In this document: positions 56,714-64,000 of the stretch, piece by piece
Position numbering within the stretch: position 1 is the first letter of the stretch
How the letters are laid out: every line of letters starts with the position of its first letter
Virus record (IMG/VR): IMGVR_UViG_3300020442_000013
Span: 1-64,000 of that record
Source of the DNA: a virus
Reading direction: 5' to 3' (one strand)
DNA length: 64,000 bases
The notes under the pieces: generated by a model
The model's input: the letters and a program-made list of their open reading frames with translations, nothing else
Told to the model about the DNA's origin: nothing
The model's database searches: none
Program-made: the position numbers and the translations under genes

Positions 56714-58403
56714 TGAGGATATCCCATGCGTAACCAGAACGAAGTTCATTTGCAGTAAATTGACAATATGATAAATGTCTTGCAAAAGCATGTACTTCAT
56801 CTATGCTTGGACGGTTCAAATTTTCAACCTCATTAAGATTTTTGTTACATAATACACTTGCCGCATTAGGAGCTAAAGCTATAGCTGGAGTGCCAACTAA
56901 TAATGCCTCTGTGGCTGCAATACTGTTAAATGTAACTAAACAATGTGCATCTTTCAGAGCGTCCCATATTGTATTTTGGGTTACTCTTTCTCGCCTTGAT
57001 GGTTTTAGCCTTACAACTAGTTTTCTATCTGTATGTTTTTTAAGTTCACTAAGTGTAGTTTCCATCCATTCGTCTACGTTTTGTCCATAGAACTTCATTA
57101 CTTTTGCACTAGGTGGACATATTAAAACATAGTCGCCTCTTTTAAATTTACTAGGTCTCCATCCTAATCGATGTAACCTATCGTCTGGTCGTTCTACTAT
57201 AGGCCCTAAGTTTTGTAAATTATTTTTTGTTACACGATGATAGTCTTTCCTTGTAGTCCATATAGGTTGCATATATCCTGTATCAATTGCATAAAAATCT
57301 CTTCCAGTTTCCCTACAAAATTTTATAGCTTTTTGTCCTCCGCCGCCTAAGCCTCTAATAACTAAGGCGTTTTTGGTTTTTGATTCTCTATCAAAATCAC
57401 TAATTACTCCTCCGCTACCAAGTATAAAGTCTTCGCAAAAAGGATCGTAGGCAAGTCCTTTAGACTTTTCGCTTAATGGGCTGAATTCAGGTTTGTTAAT
57501 AGCCGCAACTTTTATCCCCATTGTTTCCTCCTTTATTCTTTTTATTTCATCTTTTGTCTTATAAACGACTTCGTCTGGATCGGAGAGTTCATGCAAACAT
57601 AGTGTTAAGTATTTCTTTGCATTCCAATTTAATGTCAAGTCATCAATGTTTACTCTTTCCTGTTGTCTCCTCTCTTCTTTCTTCTCCATCTTTACAATTT
57701 TTTTTTGGTAGTAATCAGCTTGTACACTTATCCAATCTAATGCATATTCACATTCTTTACATTCCTCAAACCAAGGACCGCCTTCAGTATAATGTAATGC
57801 TTTGGGCTTTCCGTCTTTTGGTTCTTTGTACCATCCTACTAACCAATTCCATTCGTGTGTTATTTTACCAACAAACTTATCTGGTAACCAGCTAAATCTA
57901 TGCAAGTATGCTCCTGTAGTATCAGCATGATTAATCAAATCTAATGTTACTGCTTTATTCGATGCATGACCGCAGTTCCATAAAACCATACTTGACCAAT
58001 TTTTTCTTGGATAGGGTAATTGTGCTTTACCATCCATCTTTTCACCTTCTTTAGGAGTGTAGTCATGATGGGCACACATTACTGCATACTTGTCGTCAGC
58101 AAGAGCAAATAAATCTGCTACATCTTGCTTAAATATAAAATCACAATCAATGAACAATGCCCAACCTGAATAGTCAGTTAGGAAAGGCACAAGAAATCTT
58201 GTAAATGTAAACTCTGTAGAACCTAGCTTATCTTCATCACGCCAATACCAATTTTGACTGCGTAATTTGTCTTGTCTTAAAGGAATGACTTCAACAGGTA
58301 CTGATGCAGTATTGTAAATGCTTTGTTTACATACTTCAAAAGCAATATCTTCTCTACTGTCATATCCTACAAATATTTTTAATGGTTTAATCTCTTCGCT
58401 CAA
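56700..58403 (-). CDS. Fusion of a GT8-like (GT-A) domain and a GT-B-like domain
   Basis: N: IFVGYDSRE, STEFTFTRF, F.DCD, YPRKNWSS, HYTEGGPW. C: DTGY, VTFNS.AA.EA...G.P. TTG start with GGAGG RBS. Confidence 0.75.
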   Translation of the reverse strand: MSEEIKPLKIFVGYDSREDIAFEVCKQSIYNTASVPVEVIPLRQDKLRSQNWYWRDEDKLGSTEFTFTRFLVPFLTDYSGWALFIDCDFIFKQDVADLFALADDKYAVMCAHHDYTPKEGEKMDGKAQLPYPRKNWSSMVLWNCGHASNKAVTLDLINHADTTGAYLHRFSWLPDKFVGKITHEWNWLVGWYKEPKDGKPKALHYTEGGPWFEECKECEYALDWISVQADYYQKKIVKMEKKEERRQQERVNIDDLTLNWNAKKYLTLCLHELSDPDEVVYKTKDEIKRIKEETMGIKVAAINKPEFSPLSEKSKGLAYDPFCEDFILGSGGVISDFDRESKTKNALVIRGLGGGGQKAIKFCRETGRDFYAIDTGYMQPIWTTRKDYHRVTKNNLQNLGPIVERPDDRLHRLGWRPSKFKRGDYVLICPPSAKVMKFYGQNVDEWMETTLSELKKHTDRKLVVRLKPSRRERVTQNTIWDALKDAHCLVTFNSIAATEALLVGTPAIALAPNAASVLCNKNLNEVENLNRPSIDEVHAFARHLSYCQFTANELRSGYAWDILNEGS

Positions 58404-59160
58404 TATCTTCCTCCACACACTTCTCCCCATACTGTACTTCTAGTATATGACAATGCTCGTCAAAGGGGTTACTTGCCTTATGCCATACTTCACATCCTAT
58501 AGAATAACCATTTGTACATTCTGATAAAGTTACTGTATCTTTGTTAGAATTATATTCTGTATCTAAAACACATTTTCCTTTAAGTACATACCAGTGTTCT
58601 GATCTAAAATAATGTTTTTGATCAGATAATGATCGTCCAGGTGTTATTACTAATTCTTTAACTTTATATTTTATTTTATCATCTAAAACTCTGTACCATC
58701 CCCAATTACGGACAGTTTTTGGGTTTTTCCATTCTTCTAAAATCCAACTACTGCTGTTCTTTTTAGTTTTTCCTCCTACGCCATAAACAAAACTTACATT
58801 TGGGTAATCTCCATATGTAGCTTCTTCAGGCACATTACCTTGATTTCTGTCGCCACCGTTGGCAAATATTATATGTGTTTTACTACTATTTGTTGACAAT
58901 AATTTAAAAATAGCTCCACCCGCATCATCAAATTTGTCATCGTTCATTACTTCAATTACTTGATCAACCATTGAAAGATTTTCTATAATAGCACAACGTT
59001 CTTTGAAAGGCATAAAAGGTCTACCTTTTTTACGTGTTAGCCAATCATCACTGTTAACCCCTACTACTAACTTGTCACCTAATTTTTTTGCTTCACGGAA
59101 ATAATCAATGTGTCCAGAATGTAAAGGATCAAAGCCGCCAGTGACCAAAACTAATTTCAT
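58387..59160 (-). CDS. Cytidylyltransferase (HxGH) fused to a mannose-6-phosphate-isomerase-like cupin
   Basis: TGGFDPLHSGH, NSD.WL.RKKG, FANGGDR; R.WGWY, LS.Q.H..RSEHW, EVQYG....EEDI.R. Confidence 0.85.
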   Translation of the reverse strand: MKLVLVTGGFDPLHSGHIDYFREAKKLGDKLVVGVNSDDWLTRKKGRPFMPFKERCAIIENLSMVDQVIEVMNDDKFDDAGGAIFKLLSTNSSKTHIIFANGGDRNQGNVPEEATYGDYPNVSFVYGVGGKTKKNSSSWILEEWKNPKTVRNWGWYRVLDDKIKYKVKELVITPGRSLSDQKHYFRSEHWYVLKGKCVLDTEYNSNKDTVTLSECTNGYSIGCEVWHKASNPFDEHCHILEVQYGEKCVEEDIERRD

Positions 59161-59342
59161 CTACCTAACCATCTCCTTGCCGCGTCAATTGGATTGCGTA
59201 AGCCTTCATAAGTTTTATCAATAAAGTCTATATGTCTACTTAATTTTTCGTCTAATTTTTCTTGATTCTTTTCAATCTTATCAAGTTGTTTTTTTAACTT
59301 GTCTATTTTATCTAATATTAAAATTTCATGAGGTTGCATTTT
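59157..59342 (-). CDS. Small coiled-coil protein
   Basis: HIDFID..YE.L.NP motif. Confidence 0.5.
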   Translation of the reverse strand, partial: KMQPHEILILDKIDKLKKQLDKIEKNQEKLDEKLSRHIDFIDKTYEGLRNPIDAARRWLGR

Positions 59343-59967
59343 ACCATCCAAATATATAATCACGTCTTACATTAGTAATTTCTTTTGCACCGTGACGTTT
59401 TAAAAATTCTCCTGCACAATATTCTGTATCAGAATGTTGTTCTACTATTACTATAGGTTTGTATTTTAGAATTGTTTGTATACTGCCTTCTAGAATCGGA
59501 AGTTCATGTCTTTCGCAATCTATTTTAATTAAGCCAAATTTAGGCAAATCTAAATCATCTAACTTTTTAACTTCGAATGCACCTACACCAAATGTATTTT
59601 CATTTACATGACTGTTACCTGTGTTTATACTGTCATAAATCATATCAACAGTTGTAGCAGTTTTACCTAGTGCATATTTGTTTATAATCACTGGTAAATC
59701 TTTTACATTTAATTCTAAACATTCTAAAACTTGTGGCATTGGTTCGTATGCTATTACTTGTTTGAATTTTTCCGTTAATGGTTTTGCCCAAAATCCTACA
59801 TTTGCACCAACGTCAATAGCAAGGTCAAAATCAGTTATATATTTGTATGCTTCATCTCTAACATCATCTTGATATTCAGCAGGGCCGCCTTGGCTGATTC
59901 TTTTTGTAATCATTCTGTAAAAGTGATTGTCAGTATCAGGCATCCAATAATTATATACTTGCTTCAT
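59341..59967 (-). CDS. FkbM-family methyltransferase
   Basis: IDVGANVG, YEP, LDD, IKIDCE..E..IL.G, KP.V.VE. Confidence 0.85.
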   Translation of the reverse strand: MKQVYNYWMPDTDNHFYRMITKRISQGGPAEYQDDVRDEAYKYITDFDLAIDVGANVGFWAKPLTEKFKQVIAYEPMPQVLECLELNVKDLPVIINKYALGKTATTVDMIYDSINTGNSHVNENTFGVGAFEVKKLDDLDLPKFGLIKIDCERHELPILEGSIQTILKYKPIVIVEQHSDTEYCAGEFLKRHGAKEITNVRRDYIFGW

Positions 59968-59968
59968 G

Positions 59969-60520
59969 TTAAACTTTCTTTAAATATACAATATATTTTA
60001 CTACAAATATTTCAGGAGCCTTTTTCAACTTTACCCAACGTTCTGTTATATCTTCACTAATAAGTTCCCAACCATGTTCTTTATTTTTAGTTTCAATTAA
60101 AGATTTCCACCATTTAGGTTTTTCAATTATTAAATGTGCATTTCTACCATCACTTAGTTTTTTCTTTGCAGGATGGCAAGCAATAAGGTGATATTGATAC
60201 TTGTCTGCAATGCTATATAAATTGTTTAAAACACTTTCTAATTGATCTGGCTCGATATGTTCTAACACATCACTGCTATAAACTAAGTCTGCTTTTTTTG
60301 GTAAATCAATAGGAGATGTTACAGGGTCATAATTGTATACTTGATTTGATTCTTCTAATTGCTTAAAAGGCATGCCTTTACCGCAACCAAAATCTAATAT
60401 AGATTGCAGTTTTTCTTCAGAAATTAATTTTTGTACGCCTTGGGGAATATTTTTTGCAACTCCAAAACCTTTTCTACTGTGCAGTCTTTGAAGTTCTTTT
60501 AAGTATTTTTCTGAATGCAT
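59969..60520 (-). CDS. SAM-dependent methyltransferase
   Basis: ILDFGCGKG, YDP, DVLEHIEP, DGRNAHL. Confidence 0.8.
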   Translation of the reverse strand: MHSEKYLKELQRLHSRKGFGVAKNIPQGVQKLISEEKLQSILDFGCGKGMPFKQLEESNQVYNYDPVTSPIDLPKKADLVYSSDVLEHIEPDQLESVLNNLYSIADKYQYHLIACHPAKKKLSDGRNAHLIIEKPKWWKSLIETKNKEHGWELISEDITERWVKLKKAPEIFVVKYIVYLKKV

Positions 60521-60577
60521 AAGACCTCTTTCATATAATTATATATTACTTATCTCACGCATTTGAAGGAGGGTTAT

Positions 60578-61033
60578 TTATAGGCTTGCGTCTTCCATGC
60601 CAGCAACTCTTAATTTAACTACGTTTGTAATTTGCCACTGTTTCTGATCTAATCCTTTAAGTAGACCAAGCCATTTATTACGTAATAATGCAAATTCGTT
60701 TATGATTTTTTCATAGTCTACTACATCTGCTTCGCCATCTACGTACTTTTCAACGTCTCTGCTAGACAAAGCTCTTTGATAGTTTTCAAGATATTTTTTA
60801 AAGAATGAACTACGTAATCTTCTCAATTCAATATTTAAATAATTTAGGATTGCTTCGATTTCTTGTAGTTGATTAAATCTATGTTCAACTATTCCTGGCA
60901 TTTGTGATGCTTGTTTTTCAACACTACCTTTAAGTTTTACTTCTAATCTTGCATCTTGTAATTCACTTTCAAAAAACTTTATTGCTTCAGGAATTTTTGA
61001 AACATCTCTTGCTACTTCTGAATACCAACCCAT
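60578..61033 (-). CDS. uvsY: UvsY-like recombination mediator
   Basis: Coiled-coil, D..KY.DG, K.L..KQWQI.N..KLR..G; near the recombinase and SSB genes. Confidence 0.7.
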   Translation of the reverse strand: MGWYSEVARDVSKIPEAIKFFESELQDARLEVKLKGSVEKQASQMPGIVEHRFNQLQEIEAILNYLNIELRRLRSSFFKKYLENYQRALSSRDVEKYVDGEADVVDYEKIINEFALLRNKWLGLLKGLDQKQWQITNVVKLRVAGMEDASL

Positions 61034-61533
61034 TAATGTTTCTCCATAAATAATAGTTCTCGTTTTTGCACAATATCAACTTTATATCCAAACATACCTT
61101 TTAAACGGTTGTTTATTGTTCTCTGAACTTGAGTGATGGATCGTTCTCCAACAGTATCCCAATCGATTAAAGTCCATTTGCCTTTATGCTCAAGCACATT
61201 TGCCAATGTCCAATCACCATGCGAATAAGGAAAAGTTTCTTTTACATTGTCTATGCAGAATTTACGAAACTTTTCTATAAATTGCGGAGTATGACTGTAT
61301 TTCATTATAGACGTACCTGGTAAAAATTTATAATCAATAAAGTAACTGTGTTTGTTAAAATTGCCATAATCTAAAAGATATCCTGGAAAAATTTTGTGCA
61401 TAATATCAATGTGTTCTTGCACACTTGATGCGTATAAATGTTGTTCCCAATCAGCCCCAACCCAAATTTTTCTAATACGATCATTTAATTTGTAAGTATA
61501 TCTTCCTTTTGAAAGTTTTTTCCTTAGTAACAT
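61033..61533 (-). CDS. APH/kinase-like phosphotransferase
   Basis: HGDW...NV and LIDWD motifs. Confidence 0.6.
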   Translation of the reverse strand: MLLRKKLSKGRYTYKLNDRIRKIWVGADWEQHLYASSVQEHIDIMHKIFPGYLLDYGNFNKHSYFIDYKFLPGTSIMKYSHTPQFIEKFRKFCIDNVKETFPYSHGDWTLANVLEHKGKWTLIDWDTVGERSITQVQRTINNRLKGMFGYKVDIVQKRELLFMEKH

Positions 61534-61772
61534 TATTCATCATACATTTCGTCTTCGTCTTCTTCGTCAGCCTTATCCAAGTCTAAATAGTAATAAATTG
61601 CATCATCCAATTCATTATCAGCACCTAACATTTCGTTAAAAGTATGATCATCTACTCCCATGTCTGCAAGTAAATCAACATATCTTTCAGCGGCCGCATG
61701 TATAGATTTTTTATCTAAGTACTCCTTAAACATTGTCCAAACTTCGACAATATGAGTTTCATCCATTTCCAT
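61533..61772 (-). CDS. Small acidic protein
   Basis: Overlaps the recombinase stop; GAGGAGG RBS. Confidence 0.6.
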   Translation of the reverse strand: MEMDETHIVEVWTMFKEYLDKKSIHAAAERYVDLLADMGVDDHTFNEMLGADNELDDAIYYYLDLDKADEEDEDEMYDE

Positions 61773-62841
61773 TTGCCTCCTCGGTTACAGTTTCAGTATC
61801 GTCTACTTCTGCGATATTTACCTCCGAGGACGTCTTTTCATTGAATTCTGACATAACTAAATCTAACTTTTCGCCTGTCCAATTCTTTCTATACTCAAGA
61901 TGTTCTTCGCCTTTTATATCAACGTACTTTAGTCGATTGCCTGACTTTTCTATCAAGCCTTTCTTTTCAAAAAGTTCAACTAGACCACTATATGGATTCA
62001 TACCAGTTTCGTATGGAATCTTTACTTGTACACCTTCAAAAGGTTTACTGTATCTAGTTTTCATAACTTTACAGCCAGCACGTATACCACGTACTTCAGA
62101 AATCTTGTTACCTGCTTCATCTTCTTTCAGTTTTAGTTTTTTCATTGCAACAACAATACTTGATGCATAGATAAAACCTTGTCCACCTGATATCTTGTCA
62201 TCTGGATCAAACATATCTTGAGATGCATATGTATGGTTAGTACATACAAGACCTACGTTATGTGTACCAATCATGTTTACTGTATTTCTTACTAGAGCAG
62301 TAAGTTGTTTAGGCTTACGACCCATGTCGCCTTTCATATCACCTTTATCAAACTGATCAACATCTGTGGGTGTTAATAGCATACCTAAACTGTCAATTAC
62401 AAATAAAACTTTAGGGCGATCTTCTTCAGCCATTGCTTTGTAGTCTGCCATAAAAGTTGATACTGTTTTTGCAACATCATCAATCATGGACATATTTAAT
62501 TTTAATAACTTATCTTCACCAGTGTCAACACCTAGTGCCTGTAACCATGACTCGTCTAGAGCATTTTCTGAATCTATCAATACAACAAAGATTCCTTGTT
62601 CTTGTGCATGTTTTACAATATTACCACTACAAAAATAAGATTTTCCTGCGCCTGATTCTCCTGCAAACACAGTAACTTTTCCGAGTGGTACACCTTTTTT
62701 AAAGTCTCCACTTATAAGATAATTTAGTGCATAAGAGCCTGTACTGATCCAATCTGTAGGATCATTGAAGCCAGCACTCATGCCTGAGATGCTTTTTGTC
62801 AAGTCTTTACGAAACTTGCTTACGTCAAATGATTTAGCCAT
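61759..62841 (-). CDS. uvsX: RecA/UvsX-like recombinase
   Basis: ISTG.Y.LN..ISG, GESGAGKS, IDSE.A, VIDSLG, NHTY, SGG.G..YASS, KTR. Confidence 0.9.
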   Translation of the reverse strand: MAKSFDVSKFRKDLTKSISGMSAGFNDPTDWISTGSYALNYLISGDFKKGVPLGKVTVFAGESGAGKSYFCSGNIVKHAQEQGIFVVLIDSENALDESWLQALGVDTGEDKLLKLNMSMIDDVAKTVSTFMADYKAMAEEDRPKVLFVIDSLGMLLTPTDVDQFDKGDMKGDMGRKPKQLTALVRNTVNMIGTHNVGLVCTNHTYASQDMFDPDDKISGGQGFIYASSIVVAMKKLKLKEDEAGNKISEVRGIRAGCKVMKTRYSKPFEGVQVKIPYETGMNPYSGLVELFEKKGLIEKSGNRLKYVDIKGEEHLEYRKNWTGEKLDLVMSEFNEKTSSEVNIAEVDDTETVTEEANGNG

Positions 62842-62860
62842 AATTTCTCCTTATCAATTT

Positions 62861-62884
62861 GGGGGTAGCATTACTACTACCCCC
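62861..62884 (-). terminator. Intergenic hairpin between SSB and recombinase
   Basis: ggggtag cattacta ctacccc. Confidence 0.45.
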
Positions 62885-62890
62885 GATATA

Positions 62891-63889
62891 TTATTTTGCT
62901 TGTCGCTGTCTGATCATTGCAAGAATGTCAGCCGCATCACCTGTTGATGCTTCTGCTTCGGCTTTTTCAGCTTTAGGCTCTTCTACCTTTGGAGCCTCTT
63001 CTTGCTTTGGGGCAGTAGCCACCTGCTCTTCAGGAGCACTTTGACTTACTGCTGTCGCTTTCGGCGATGCCGCTACAGTTGGATCACCAGTACGTGCCGC
63101 CATACCTGCTGGACGGAAATAGTTACCCCAACGTTCTGAATCATATGCTTCACCGTCAACTGACGCTTCAAACATTTCTTTCATAACCTTTACTGCAACT
63201 TCGTCTGGTTTCTTCGGAAGGAAGTCACTAAAATTAAACAAGCCATGTGTATTGATTGCTTGCATTTCAGCATCTGCAAGTGGACGTTCTCTACGAGCCC
63301 AGTTAGATGTTGAATAGTCTGCATATCCGCCTTTACTTGTTTTGTTAAGACGAAAGTCTACACCAGCAGTATAATCTGTTGGTAATTCTTCCATATCTGG
63401 ATCCATAAGAGCCGCTTTGATAATTTGAAAAATTTGTGGACCAATAATAAACCTGCGAATTGGATTCTCAGGAGTACTATCTTCTTGTAGTGGATTGTCA
63501 GTAACAAATCCTTGGAAGATATATGAACGCTTCTTCCAATACTTACGACCCATGTCTTCTAGACTTGGATCTTTGAACCAACCACGTACCTCGTTCAAGA
63601 TATCACAAGTATCACCATACATTTCCATACATGGTACTTGAACTTGAACTGGACGAGAATCAGTTTCACCTTTTACACCGTTAAAAGGTAATTTAATCAT
63701 CAAACGTTCTTTCCAAAAGAAAGTGTTTGAATCGTCACCATCAGGAAGGAAACGGAGTGTTGCACTCTCGCCTTCTTTAATATTCCAAAATGGGTAAATT
63801 GCGTTGTCGCCGCCGCCACTTGATGAACCGCCGCCTGTGCGTGATTCTTGTTCTTTGAGCTTTGCTCGGATTTCTGCTAATGTTGCCAT
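62891..63889 (-). CDS. gp32-like single-stranded DNA-binding protein
   Basis: LRFLPD, V.VPC.EM, YWKKRSY, P...G.DF...KT.KGGYADY.TS.W; DILAMIR.RQ C-terminus. Confidence 0.85.
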   Translation of the reverse strand: MATLAEIRAKLKEQESRTGGGSSSGGGDNAIYPFWNIKEGESATLRFLPDGDDSNTFFWKERLMIKLPFNGVKGETDSRPVQVQVPCMEMYGDTCDILNEVRGWFKDPSLEDMGRKYWKKRSYIFQGFVTDNPLQEDSTPENPIRRFIIGPQIFQIIKAALMDPDMEELPTDYTAGVDFRLNKTSKGGYADYSTSNWARRERPLADAEMQAINTHGLFNFSDFLPKKPDEVAVKVMKEMFEASVDGEAYDSERWGNYFRPAGMAARTGDPTVAASPKATAVSQSAPEEQVATAPKQEEAPKVEEPKAEKAEAEASTGDAADILAMIRQRQAK

Positions 63890-64000
63890 AGTTAAGCCTC
63901 CTTTAGTTGCCTATGTTTTGTGCCTGTTTGTATAGCACATAATGTACACTATACAGTCTTATTTATCAGAAGTCAACCTGAAAATGCTTATTTTTGGAAA

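Noticed and set aside
1-64000. Alternative genetic code (stop-codon reassignment)
   Set aside because: Long conserved genes are intact under code 11, TAA, TAG and TGA all end genes, and no suppressor tRNA was seen.

Overview
A 64-kb piece of a large tailed dsDNA (jumbo, T4-superfamily-like) phage genome. The host is probably a marine alphaproteobacterium, inferred from a Shemin-pathway ALA synthase and Rhodobacterales-like small proteins. Layout: (i) 1-10.8 kb, auxiliary/metabolic genes (membrane transporter, hemA, YbaN, VOC, 2OG oxygenase, AlgH, lysin) and small basic internal-head-like proteins; (ii) 10.9-32.5 kb, a host-takeover/early region of about 60 small ORFs driven by about 30 near-consensus sigma70 promoters, with three tRNAs; (iii) 32.7-64 kb, a mostly minus-strand replication/recombination core (two DnaE-type polymerase genes, helicase, primase, UvsW/X/Y, gp32) interleaved with glycosyltransferase, methyltransferase, carbamoyltransferase and QueC-like genes. 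The most unusual signals are not gene-level. (1) Early genes at 24.6-27.7 kb almost completely lack TC and CC dinucleotides on the coding strand, and the bias flips strand with gene direction. (2) A module of CCCCGCTGC box, phased YCT array and an inward-facing ORF-less promoter occurs three times. (3) A two-hairpin RNA at 31.6 kb has loops complementary to the GAGGGCAA ribosome-binding motif shared by about 16 early genes. (4) Inverted GCGAAGC mini-hairpin elements bracket 23.2-34.0 kb. All motif scans were done by eye, and protein family calls come from recognised motifs, not database searches.
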